From an uncultured bacterium (lineage in GTDB: Bacteria > Fidelibacterota > Marinisomatia > SCGC-AAA003-L08 > JACNLC01), in contig CAYPCW010000005.1 in NCBI GenBank assembly GCA_964409335.1, positions 6,820 through 70,819 of the forward strand: DNA of 64,000 nt, written 5' to 3'. The stretch's first letter is position 1. Every line of letters starts with the position of its first letter. The notes beneath the pieces are model-generated. The model searched no databases. It was not told where the DNA came from and was given only the letters and a program-made list of their open reading frames with translations. Positions 49,347 through 59,056 of the stretch are shown one piece after another. Position numbers and translations under genes: made by a program.

Positions 49347-49365
49347 CCCCTTATTTTTTAAGGGG
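49347..49365. other. 7-bp GC-rich stem-loop flanked by A and T runs between divergent gene starts
   Basis: CCCCTTA-ttttt-TAAGGGG, with AAAA upstream and a T-rich stretch downstream on both strands. Confidence 0.4.
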
Positions 49366-49535
49366 GTATTTTGGTATATATTACGCTCCGTTCCCAAGGC
49401 TCGACCGGTTGAACGACTGCTCATCTCATCATACCATTGCCTTCGCCAAAAGAAGAAAATCGAAAATTAGCCTGTTTAAAATCAATATTTCATTTTTTAT
49501 CGCCGCGTTAAAAAAAGTCCTCGTAATTTCATCCC

Positions 49536-50333
49536 ATGAATTATCAGGGTCCTATCGGTAAAATGGTAAGTTTGGGGATCCATCCGGTCAGGTATGACCT
49601 GCCAGTCGGAGATGATTTTATTCCCATCAGCGATGCCATCGGAAAGTACATCGCCTTTGAATTTACACGGGATATTTTTTGTATCGGTTGTGGCCGGAAA
49701 ACCAGCAAATCTTTTGCCCAGGGATATTGTTACTCCTGCCTGTTGTCTTCACCGGAAACGTCTGAGTGTATTTTACGGCCCGAACGATGTCAGGCGCATC
49801 TTGGTATTGCCCGGGATATGGAGTGGGCGCGTCATCATTGTCTGACTGATCATGTCGTTTATCTTTCCGTAACGTCAGGATTGAAGGTGGGGGTCACCCG
49901 AGCCGGTCAAATCCCCACCCGGTGGATTGATCAGGGTGCAAGCAGCGCCATCAGGCTGGCGGTTACACCCAACCGCTATGAGGCGGGGCGTATCGAAATT
50001 GCACTTAAACAGGCGGTCTCTGACCGCACGATCTGGCAGCGGATGCTGAAAAACGAATATCCGGAGGATATTGATCTGAAAAGCGAGAAATACCAACTGT
50101 TATCTCGTTTATCCCAGGATCTGCAGGCAAATACTACGGATAATGATGAAATTGTGGAAATTACCTATCCGGTGACCGGGTATCCTAAACATATCAAAGG
50201 ACAAACGTTTGACAAACAACGGGAAATTTTCGGGGTTCTATGGGGAATACGGGGTCAGTATCTGATGTTTGACGATGGCAGCGTGTTGAATATTCGTCGT
50301 CACAGCGGATATGAAATTCGAGCTGATGTTTAA
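49536..50333 (+). CDS. DUF2797-like protein with a zinc-ribbon motif
   Basis: CIGCGRKTSKSFAQGYCYSC, then RCQAHLG and LKVGVTRAGQIPTRWIDQGA, as I remember the DUF2797 family. Confidence 0.6.
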   Translation: MNYQGPIGKMVSLGIHPVRYDLPVGDDFIPISDAIGKYIAFEFTRDIFCIGCGRKTSKSFAQGYCYSCLLSSPETSECILRPERCQAHLGIARDMEWARHHCLTDHVVYLSVTSGLKVGVTRAGQIPTRWIDQGASSAIRLAVTPNRYEAGRIEIALKQAVSDRTIWQRMLKNEYPEDIDLKSEKYQLLSRLSQDLQANTTDNDEIVEITYPVTGYPKHIKGQTFDKQREIFGVLWGIRGQYLMFDDGSVLNIRRHSGYEIRADV

Positions 50334-50366
50334 CCTATGGCTAATTTGTTCGGACCGAACCATTGG

Positions 50367-51248
50367 TTACGGTTTGACGAGAAGAATCGGGCTTTTCGCT
50401 TTTTGTGCCGTATGGATGGGTTTACTTCCCTGTATGAATTGTTTCAACTCGCCGCCGGCTGATTTTCCCATGATGATAATGTGATCGGTCCCGGCTTCCT
50501 GCAAAAACACATCTGCTGGTTTTCCAGTGATCATGGATATGGTATGGGGCAGTTTTTGCATTCGTAAATATTTTTGTACCCATCGGGAAGCATTCCGATA
50601 TCCTTTTCCGAATTTTTTGGTTTTACTTACTGTGATCGCATGAATAGGCGCATCAAATTGTCGTGAAATAATGGCTCCGAAAATAATCGCCCGTTTCGTT
50701 GCGACGGAATCATCAACACACAATAAAATTTTATAATTCCACCGGGGATTAAAATTCTTAATTATAAAAACACTTGTATCCAGAAACTGGATCAATTTGT
50801 GAGTCATCCGCTTACGTTCCGGATTTCCAATAATCGCTATTTCATAGTCCCGGTATTGGGTTTCCTTATGGAGTTCATTCAGTAGGCTCCCCTCCCGAAG
50901 CAACAACCGGATTTTTTCACCGGACGATTGGGGAAGCACCATACGAATTCTGCCGGATTCTTCGATGAGATTTGACGGATCAAAAGCCGTGTACTCATCA
51001 TTTAAGAATCCAAATTCTTTGATTGATTCAAATGCCCACTTCAGAACTTCAATCCCGGGATGATGGATATTCCATTCCGCCAGAGACTGACGGGCAAGAG
51101 CGACGTCCCCCTCAATAAACGCACCGGATTTTTTTCCAACGAAAATCACAGACAGATCAGCGGATAGTCCGTTGGCAATTTTAACCCCGATGTGTAAAAT
51201 GTTTTTAGATTCAGGAGTTGTATCTTTGATCGCAATTAAAAATCTCAT
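50367..51248 (-). CDS. tandem universal stress protein (UspA) domain protein
   Basis: Two Usp-like halves: MRFLIAIKDT... and YKILLCVDDS...IIMGKSAGG...SPILLVKP. The ATG at 51248 is preferred. Confidence 0.65.
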   Translation of the reverse strand: MRFLIAIKDTTPESKNILHIGVKIANGLSADLSVIFVGKKSGAFIEGDVALARQSLAEWNIHHPGIEVLKWAFESIKEFGFLNDEYTAFDPSNLIEESGRIRMVLPQSSGEKIRLLLREGSLLNELHKETQYRDYEIAIIGNPERKRMTHKLIQFLDTSVFIIKNFNPRWNYKILLCVDDSVATKRAIIFGAIISRQFDAPIHAITVSKTKKFGKGYRNASRWVQKYLRMQKLPHTISMITGKPADVFLQEAGTDHIIIMGKSAGGELKQFIQGSKPIHTAQKAKSPILLVKP

Positions 51249-51259
51249 ACAAAATCCCT

Positions 51260-52687
51260 TTATTTGAAATTTGTAAACCCGACCACGAGCGGCCAGTACA
51301 GGTAATAAATTATCAGCAACGTCAAAGCAGATGCTGCGGTGACCCGCCAACCTGCTCTCAAAAAGTCCTTCATTTTCACCAGACCCGAGGAATAAATGAT
51401 CAAACATGCCGGTGCGGCTACAGCAGACAGATAACTAAAGGATGCTGATGTAGCTGTGGTCAGTCCCATAAACAAGGGGTGTCCTCCCATATTCAGTGTA
51501 ATGGGACCGAGAACCGCCACCGCCCCGGCAGGATTCATGACATTTGACAATAAGGTGGTCAGAAAAATCACCACAATGTACCGTACCACTTCAAACTGTT
51601 CCATCAACCCGCCGGTCATCCCGATGATCCCATTACCGATCCAAACGGCTGTACCGGCGTTCTTCATTTGTACACCCAGAGAAATTGCACCTGCGAAAAG
51701 CAGAATGACGCCCCAATTAGTGTTTTTATTAATGTCTTTCCACTCGATTAATCCCGAAGCCATGTATAAAAAGGCTCCAGCAATGGCAATAATACCCATT
51801 CCGATCTTCTCATTCAACAGTACCCAACACAGGAAGATAAACACAAAAATACCAATGGTTAATATTTCTTTAGCGTTGAGTGGTCCTTTATGCGCCACCT
51901 GGATTTTGAGTTTTCTCACGGCGGAATCCAGAGATGAAAATTCTGGTTTGAAGGTGGTTCTCAGCAGAAAAGCGGTGGTGAGTATACCAATTAATACCAT
52001 AGGGTATGTCATGATGATCCATTGACCATATGAAAGGGTGGTACCGGTTTCGGAATTGCTTCGAAGAAATTCGATCATGATTGGGTTTCGTGCACCGCCG
52101 GAGGGCGTCCCGATACTCCCCACCGTTGAGCCATAAGCAATGGAAAACAGGAGCAATGCCGTAATATTCGGTACCGGTTGTTTCGCCGAACAGTACCGCA
52201 CCAATGTCAGCCCGACGGGGAGCATCAGGGCAACAACGGTATGTACGCCCACAAACGAAGCCAACAGCGCCGATATACTGACAAATCCAAAGACAATGTC
52301 ATATATCTTATTCCCGGTAAACCGAATGATTGCCAGCGCCAATCGGGTATCCAGCCCCTGGTGTATAATGGCAACTGCCATCATGAGCGAACCCATAATA
52401 AAAAATACAGAATCGCTCATGTATGATCTGGCGACCTCATTGGCGGGGGCAATTCTGAATGAAACTTCGAGGACGGCAATGAGTATGGCGACAGCCGGAA
52501 GCGGAACGGGTTCTGTGATGATGAGCGAAACTACCATGATTCCCAGAATGAGCGCCCGGTATCCGCGGGTTGATATGGTATCCGGATAGGGTAACCAGTA
52601 CATGGCAACCCCAACTGCAATGATCAGCAAGAGCCATTTCTTTTGTTGAACCCAAAACAGGAATGCGCGAATAGCACTATTGGACAT
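51260..52687 (-). CDS. SLC13/DASS family anion:sodium symporter
   Basis: 475-aa polytopic protein with the two hairpin motifs GTPSGGARNP and LSNVMNPAGA. Confidence 0.8.
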   Translation of the reverse strand: MSNSAIRAFLFWVQQKKWLLLIIAVGVAMYWLPYPDTISTRGYRALILGIMVVSLIITEPVPLPAVAILIAVLEVSFRIAPANEVARSYMSDSVFFIMGSLMMAVAIIHQGLDTRLALAIIRFTGNKIYDIVFGFVSISALLASFVGVHTVVALMLPVGLTLVRYCSAKQPVPNITALLLFSIAYGSTVGSIGTPSGGARNPIMIEFLRSNSETGTTLSYGQWIIMTYPMVLIGILTTAFLLRTTFKPEFSSLDSAVRKLKIQVAHKGPLNAKEILTIGIFVFIFLCWVLLNEKIGMGIIAIAGAFLYMASGLIEWKDINKNTNWGVILLFAGAISLGVQMKNAGTAVWIGNGIIGMTGGLMEQFEVVRYIVVIFLTTLLSNVMNPAGAVAVLGPITLNMGGHPLFMGLTTATSASFSYLSAVAAPACLIIYSSGLVKMKDFLRAGWRVTAASALTLLIIYYLYWPLVVGFTNFK

Positions 52688-52866
52688 AGGTAAAAATTAA
52701 CATACAAGATCAGTGTTAACAAAGCTGCACATCAATGATTTTGAGTGTAATATCTGGCATTTCTTTTTAATAAAAGAGAGAGAGCAACCTAAATTCAGGG
52801 CTCAATTATTGGACCAATTAATAAAATACGATGGCGAACAGCTATCCTAATTAGAGGAGGCAATAT

Positions 52867-53811
52867 ATGATTCGAATTGAAGGCCTTGTTAAACATTACG
52901 GCGAGGTCAAAGCTGTCCGGGGAATCAATTTTGAAGTACGGGATGGCGAAATACTCGGGTTTCTCGGCGCAAATGGCGCCGGGAAATCAACAACTCTTAA
53001 AATCATGACCAGTTTTCTGACACCCACTGCAGGAAATGTTTTTGTGAACGATCTAAACATTCTGGATCATTCTCTTGAGATCAGAAGGCAGATTGGATAT
53101 CTCCCTGAACTGAATCCGTTATATACGGACATGCGGGTTTATGACCTGCTCGAATTCGTTGCAAAAATCCGTGATATTACCGGGAAATCATTCAAACAGT
53201 CGATGGCGCGGGTCGTTGAACAGTGCGGACTCGAAGGGGTGGTTCACAAACAGGTATCGGATCTGTCCAAAGGGTACAAACAACGAGTGGGGCTGGCAAC
53301 GGCCATCATTCACGATCCTAAAATTCTCATTTTAGACGAACCCGTGACTGGGCTTGACCCAAACCAGATCGTTGAGATTCGTGAACTGATCAAAGAACTG
53401 GGGCGGGAAAAGATGGTGGTCATCTCAAGCCATATTCTTCAGGAAATTGAAGTGACAGTCGATCGGATTGTGATCATTCACAACGGTAGTCTCGTGGCTG
53501 ACGGAACCCGCGATGAACTGATGGCAGGCTTTTTAGGTAAGACCCAGTTGACGCTGGAAATTAAAAATGCCTCCGAAGATAGTATCGGAAAATTGGGATC
53601 GGAACTCGAGAATGTGGCTGTCGTCCGTACCGAACCCGTTCACGGGAATTATGTGGTTGTGATGGAATATGACAAACACGATGATCCGCGGGAAACGATC
53701 TTTAATCTTGCAAAATCCGAGAACTGGGTCTTGTTGGAGATAAGTCCGAAAAAGACTCAACTGGAGGACATTTTCAGAACCTTAACCCGCAAGGAGGCCG
53801 CCCATGCGTAA
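52867..53811 (+). CDS. ABC transporter ATP-binding protein (GldA-like)
   Basis: Walker A GANGAGKST, signature LSKGYKQRVGLA and Walker B ILILDEP. Confidence 0.88.
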   Translation: MIRIEGLVKHYGEVKAVRGINFEVRDGEILGFLGANGAGKSTTLKIMTSFLTPTAGNVFVNDLNILDHSLEIRRQIGYLPELNPLYTDMRVYDLLEFVAKIRDITGKSFKQSMARVVEQCGLEGVVHKQVSDLSKGYKQRVGLATAIIHDPKILILDEPVTGLDPNQIVEIRELIKELGREKMVVISSHILQEIEVTVDRIVIIHNGSLVADGTRDELMAGFLGKTQLTLEIKNASEDSIGKLGSELENVAVVRTEPVHGNYVVVMEYDKHDDPRETIFNLAKSENWVLLEISPKKTQLEDIFRTLTRKEAAHA

Positions 53812-54517
53812 TGTTAAAACGATCTACCTTCGGGAGCTAAAATTCTTTTTTAACAGCCCGATGGCATACATCTTTTTAGTGATTTTTTCACTCATCAACG
53901 GTTATTTCTTCACCAATACTTTTTTTCTCATCAATCAGTCTGACCTTCGATCGCTGTTCGGTATTGTGCCGGTGGTATTCCTCTTCATTATACCGGCAGT
54001 GACGATGGGATTGATCGCCTGGGAAAAAAATTCAGGTACGATCGAGCTGATCTCTACCCTTCCGGTAAAAGATACCCATTTTGTGCTGGGTAAATATCTG
54101 GCTGGGCTGACGTTAATCATGGTGGGACTGGCGTTTTCACTGGTTCATTTCATTACTCTGATCGTGGTAGGTACGAATATTGACTTGGGGGCTGTGATCT
54201 GCGGATATTTCGGGATCGTCCTGCTGGCTGCATTTTACTCCGCCATTGGAACATTTGCAAGCAGTCTCACTGAAAATCAAGTGGTGGCTTTCATCATTGG
54301 CATTGCCTTTGTCATCACTTTTTATTTGCTGGATAAGGTGCTGATCTTTGTTCCGAATACCATGAGCGGGATCTTTCAATATATTAGTGTGGAATACCAT
54401 CTGTCAAATATCGCCCGCGGTGTGGTTGATAGCCGGAATATCATTTATTTCGGCAGCATGATCTGGCTGTTTTTAACGTTGACAACCCGGGTGGTTGAAA
54501 TCAGAAAATGGAGATAA
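53804..54517 (+). CDS. ABC-2 type permease (GldF-like)
   Basis: 237 aa with six TM segments. Its start overlaps the ATPase stop. Confidence 0.75.
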   Translation: MRNVKTIYLRELKFFFNSPMAYIFLVIFSLINGYFFTNTFFLINQSDLRSLFGIVPVVFLFIIPAVTMGLIAWEKNSGTIELISTLPVKDTHFVLGKYLAGLTLIMVGLAFSLVHFITLIVVGTNIDLGAVICGYFGIVLLAAFYSAIGTFASSLTENQVVAFIIGIAFVITFYLLDKVLIFVPNTMSGIFQYISVEYHLSNIARGVVDSRNIIYFGSMIWLFLTLTTRVVEIRKWR

Positions 54518-56043
54518 GCATGATCAGAGTTCATAACAAAAAATCTTTTTTTATGTATCTGGGATTCAGTCTGTTAGTTGTCATTCTGTTGAACATCGTC
54601 TCGAGAAACTGGCATTTCAGATTGGATTTCACCGAGAATAATATTTATTCATTGAGTCCATCCAGCGAATCCGTAGTGGAGAAAATTGGGGATCTGCTAA
54701 CCATGAAAGTTTATTTTTCCGAAAATCTCCCCGGCGAGTACGGAAACAATAAACGGTACCTTCAGGATATCCTTGAGGAATACGAAGCCCTTTCCAATGG
54801 GAACATCCGATTTGAGTTTTATATGCCCGATGATGACGAAAAAATGGCAGATGAAGCCATGAAGTATGGCATCCAGCCAGTTCAGCTTCAGGTGATTGAA
54901 AACGATAAAGTGGAAATTAAAAAAGTATACATGGGTATGGTCTTTATTTATGGAGATCAGCGGGAAACCATCCCGGTCATCCAAACTACCACAGGATTGG
55001 AGTATGATATCACCACAAAGATTAAAAAAATGGTGGACACTCATAAAAAAAGTATCGGGATTATTACTTCGTCGGATCCGACAGAACATAAGACCGATAC
55101 ACTCAATGAGATTTTACGCCAGGCATATAATGTGAGACCGGTGAATCTTGAAACCCAAATTCCGGCTGAAATTTCTGTTTTAGTGATGAGTGGTGTCGAA
55201 GATAGTCTGTCTGCTAACGCTGAACAAAATCTCCGTGCATACATTGCCAGAGGGGGTAACCTGTTCATGGCACAGTGTCGGATAAAAACTGACCTGCAGA
55301 CCCAGTCTGCCGAACCGATTCAATCCAATATCTTTTCCATACTGGATGATACCGGTCTTCATTTGAAAGAAAATTTAGTTTTGGATTACCGGTGCGGTCA
55401 GGTGTCCATCACCCAGAATAGGGGATTTTTCAGAATGAATACGCCGGTTAATTATCACTTTTTTCCTCTGATCCGTGAGTTTGGCAATCATGTGACGGTT
55501 GATGGACTGGAGCAGATTCGATTATTGTTTTCCAGCGAAATTGAGTATGTTCCACCCATGCCTGGCGATACAACTGCGAAAAGTTCGATTATTCCATTAT
55601 TCGAAACTTCCGGCAGGTCTACAAGCATGGAGCAATTTTTCAACCTGTCTCCCCTGGAAAATCCGGCATTTTCTTCCTTGAACGAGCCGGGCAAGGTGGT
55701 TGCGGCGCTTTCTACCCTCCCCTCAGACAGCACCGGGGGGGTGAGTCAGATCATCCTGGTGGGAGACTCCCGGTTTTTTGAAGACAACGGTGGTTCCATG
55801 GCACAGGAAAATACAATATTCGCCCTGAATGCTGTAGATTATCTCATGGGTGACAGCGATTTACTGGCACTCCGGTCGCGGGAAATTACCACCCGTCCGT
55901 TAAAAGAACTGGAAGATGGTTCAAAAGCACGGTGGAAATGGATTAACATTCTGCTGCCATCCATTTTGGTCATTGTTCTGGGGACCATTCGCTGGAAGCA
56001 AAATTCTTCACGAACAAAAATGCTGGAGGAAATTTATGAATAA
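54508..56043 (+). CDS. GldG-like ABC-transporter accessory protein
   Basis: N- and C-terminal TM anchors around a large outside domain. This is the typical partner of the GldA/F-like pair. Confidence 0.7.
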   Translation: MEISMIRVHNKKSFFMYLGFSLLVVILLNIVSRNWHFRLDFTENNIYSLSPSSESVVEKIGDLLTMKVYFSENLPGEYGNNKRYLQDILEEYEALSNGNIRFEFYMPDDDEKMADEAMKYGIQPVQLQVIENDKVEIKKVYMGMVFIYGDQRETIPVIQTTTGLEYDITTKIKKMVDTHKKSIGIITSSDPTEHKTDTLNEILRQAYNVRPVNLETQIPAEISVLVMSGVEDSLSANAEQNLRAYIARGGNLFMAQCRIKTDLQTQSAEPIQSNIFSILDDTGLHLKENLVLDYRCGQVSITQNRGFFRMNTPVNYHFFPLIREFGNHVTVDGLEQIRLLFSSEIEYVPPMPGDTTAKSSIIPLFETSGRSTSMEQFFNLSPLENPAFSSLNEPGKVVAALSTLPSDSTGGVSQIILVGDSRFFEDNGGSMAQENTIFALNAVDYLMGDSDLLALRSREITTRPLKELEDGSKARWKWINILLPSILVIVLGTIRWKQNSSRTKMLEEIYE

Positions 56044-56632
56044 AAATTGGAGAAACGGCATCATTCTCATTGTCATGCTGGTCATTGCCTATTTTGCAAA
56101 TTCATATTTTCAGAACAAATACACGACGCGATCATCTGAAATCTTTAGTGGGAATCCGGAAGACGTATATAAGGTGTTAATCCAGAGCGCGGGTAATGCC
56201 ATTGAATTATCAAAGGAGGCAGATACATGGGTCATTTCGGGTAATGATACCCTGGTGATGCGGCAGAATCGAATTGATAATTTACTAACATCCGTTTTGC
56301 AGGTGAATCGTGAAACTCTGGTATCTAATAACCCGGATAACTGGTCAAAGTTTTCTGTGGACGATTCTACGGGAACGCATCTTGCGCTCATTGATGCATC
56401 CGGGAGTACTATAGCATATTATGTTTTCGGTCGCTCAAAATCCGACTGGACGCATAATTATGTGCGAGTTGAGGATGATTATGAGGTGTACCTTACGGAT
56501 TCCAATGTGATCAACCATCTCAGCACCCAAGCCACATTTTGGGGAGAAGTGCCGAAACCGCCGGAAGTCCCAGATATGTCCGGAAATGCCGATACCACAA
56601 CGACAGAAATCCCGACAATTATCAGTGAATAA
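56036..56632 (+). CDS. DUF4340-like membrane-anchored protein
   Basis: ATG at 56036 (MNKNWRNGIILIVMLVIAYF). Position and size match the gene usually found after gldG-like genes. Confidence 0.5.
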   Translation: MNKNWRNGIILIVMLVIAYFANSYFQNKYTTRSSEIFSGNPEDVYKVLIQSAGNAIELSKEADTWVISGNDTLVMRQNRIDNLLTSVLQVNRETLVSNNPDNWSKFSVDDSTGTHLALIDASGSTIAYYVFGRSKSDWTHNYVRVEDDYEVYLTDSNVINHLSTQATFWGEVPKPPEVPDMSGNADTTTTEIPTIISE

Positions 56633-56667
56633 AAGCATATAATTTTATTCCACAGGAGAAAAAATCA

Positions 56668-57366
56668 ATGGTCATTTTAATTCCACCCAGTGAAGGAAAA
56701 GCACGCATTAAAAAACCGATGGAAAAGCGGTTTGGCGAAACAAACTACTATTTGATGAACGAAGTGAAACATGTCATTCTGCTACTGAGTCTGATCGGGG
56801 ATGAAGAACTCCGGTCCATCTATGGTACTTCACTGGAAAAAGCTCGGATTTATCATCGGCAAAATCAGGATGCACTGAATAGCCGGGTCTGGTTTGCTAT
56901 CGAAAGATATACAGGCGTTGTTTATGAACATGTCAACTGGTCGGGAATGTCCGACAATGCCAAAGATTATATGGAGAAATACATCCGTATTTTCAGCGGA
57001 CTATTTGGTATGGTGACCCCCAAAACACTTATTCCTGATTACAAGCTGAAGATGAACGTGTTAGCGCTGCAGTATCACTGGAATCCGATTCTTTCCGATC
57101 TACTTGTAAAAGAGGATATGGTCATTGACTTGTTACCTCAGGTTCATCGCAGAGCTTATACGGCGGGGCCTAATGTGATCGCCATTGAGTTTTCTGTTAT
57201 TACCAAAGGAAAGCGCACTGCCGCCGGGCACTACGGAAAAGCGGTAAAAGGTGAGTTTATCCGGTACATCGCCGAAAACAATATCACTTCTATCTATGAT
57301 TTTGGTGGATTCTCCTATGATGGGTTTGAGTGGGACGGAACCATGTTCGTAAAACTGAACAGCTAA
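56668..57366 (+). CDS. yaaA: peroxide stress protein YaaA (UPF0246)
   Basis: MVILIPPSEGK start, then YTGVVY and DYKLKM blocks. Confidence 0.8.
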   Translation: MVILIPPSEGKARIKKPMEKRFGETNYYLMNEVKHVILLLSLIGDEELRSIYGTSLEKARIYHRQNQDALNSRVWFAIERYTGVVYEHVNWSGMSDNAKDYMEKYIRIFSGLFGMVTPKTLIPDYKLKMNVLALQYHWNPILSDLLVKEDMVIDLLPQVHRRAYTAGPNVIAIEFSVITKGKRTAAGHYGKAVKGEFIRYIAENNITSIYDFGGFSYDGFEWDGTMFVKLNS

Positions 57367-57389
57367 GTTTAGATTGTGTTTTATAATAC

Positions 57390-57419
57390 AAAAAACCCCG
57401 CTTTGTGCGGGGTTTTTTG
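57390..57419 (+). terminator. rho-independent terminator after yaaA
   Basis: CCCCGC-tttgt-GCGGGG followed by TTTTTT. Confidence 0.8.
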
Positions 57420-57527
57420 TTATCACAAAGTGAAGATACAAGATGAATAGATGAGTTTCTTAATGAATAAAATCAGAATGATGAACGGCTGCTTTTAGTT
57501 TAGATCGTGTGAGGAATATTTCGAAAG

Positions 57528-57600
<73 letters not shown>

Positions 57601-57771
57601 AATTCTGTCTGTGAACAGGGCGAAAATTTAGGACAGCAGCAATATCACTTGAAGGGATTTTCTCTATGAAGCGCAGTTGTTTCATGCCCTGGCTGCACTC
57701 AAACCAATATCATTTTCATTGGTTGCCAATTGCTTAAATTATCCCCTGTTATGATGTTAGGTAATTTCCCA

Positions 57772-59047
57772 ATGGCGCACAATAATTATTTCCGAATTAG
57801 AAAAATAGAGCGATTCATTTGCCCGATCTTGGTTTCCTCCGTTTTTCTGACAACGGTCTGGGGTTGTCGGCTTTGGGCTGTTCTCGCATCTGAAGGATAC
57901 GATCTTTATAATCCGGACACCGTTAATTTATCCTGTTTGTATCAGGAACTATCTCTCCTCCAGGAGCAGGGCGGAACATACGCCCCATTTCTAAATGATG
58001 ATGGATGGGGAATTTCCTATTATTTTCAATCTGGCAATCATTCGATGGTTCATTCATTCCGATCTTCCAGAGCCTGCCGTAAACGATGATGCTTTATTTC
58101 AGGATGCGCTCGTTTCTTTGTTTTCACCCCAGGCACATACCCGGATAGCGCTTGGGCACGTACGGAAAACTTCCTCAGGAGCTGATCATATTCCGGATCC
58201 CCATCCGTTCGTTTTCAGGGAAGGCACAACGATCTACACCTTTATCCATAATGGAAATGTCGATAAATCCACGTTGCTGAATTTGCTAACCGATGGTAAA
58301 ACCGACATCTTTTGGATCAATCAGCATCCTCCACAAACTTTTGGACATGGAGATTGGCATACCGATGGATGGAATTATGTGGTTGATTCGGAATTGTTTT
58401 TCTTGTGGCTTGTCCGATCAATCCAACTCGCCAGTGATGAGATTCATGCGGGCATGAATTCTGCAATATCTATCCTTGAAGAGCTTCGTCCAGGTGACCA
58501 TAAAAATTTCGTTTTCTCAGATGGAGAAGATTTGTATGCTTATCGCTCTAATACACTTTATTATCCCGACCTGTACTATGCATTGCCGACTTACATTAAT
58601 ATACACTTTGCAATCATGAGTTCGCCACCTGCTACGTCGCCGGCCGGCGAAATGGATTGGCTGGAGGTTCCATCCCGGACAGTGATGTGGTTTACCCCCG
58701 GGAATCGGGTCTGGGAGGATAATATTATTCTCACCACTAACTTCTCTGAAGCAAGAGGTATTCTTCCCACATCAGTAAACCTTTCAAACCATCCGAATCT
58801 GTTTAATACAAACACAGAGATTACCTTTAGCCTTTCCGTCGCTGCTCACGTTTTGCTTACGCTATTCGATCTTTCCGGGAAACCCATTCGCAAACTTTCA
58901 GGAGGAGAAACCATGATTTCGGGAGATTATCAATATCATTGGGATGGTAAGAACGATTCGGAGTATGCGGTGGGTTCAGGTATTTACATTATCCGGCTAC
59001 AGACAAAAGCCGTTTCAGAGGTTCGTAAACTCATGCTGATTAGATAA
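57772..59047 (+). pseudogene. exported class II glutamine amidotransferase-like Ntn hydrolase with T9SS C-terminal sorting domain, +1 frameshift near 58036-58040
   Basis: Frame 1 reads MAHNNYFRIRKIERFICPILVSSVFLTTVWG|CRLWAVLASEG...DGWGISYYFQSGN. Frame +1 reads IRWFIHSDLPEPAVND...GHVRKTSSGADHIPDPHPFVF...FIHNGNV. The tail NLFNTNTEITFSL...LTLFDLSGKPIRKL...GIYIIRLQT...RKLMLIR matches the T9SS type-A CTD pattern. Confidence 0.7.
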
Positions 59048-59056
59048 GAGATCGTT

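Noticed and set aside
58030-58045. Programmed +1 ribosomal frameshift in the Ntn hydrolase gene
   Set aside because: There is no slippery or stop-codon-stimulated motif (such as the prfB-type CUU UGA) at the switch. A single-base insertion or sequencing error is more likely.
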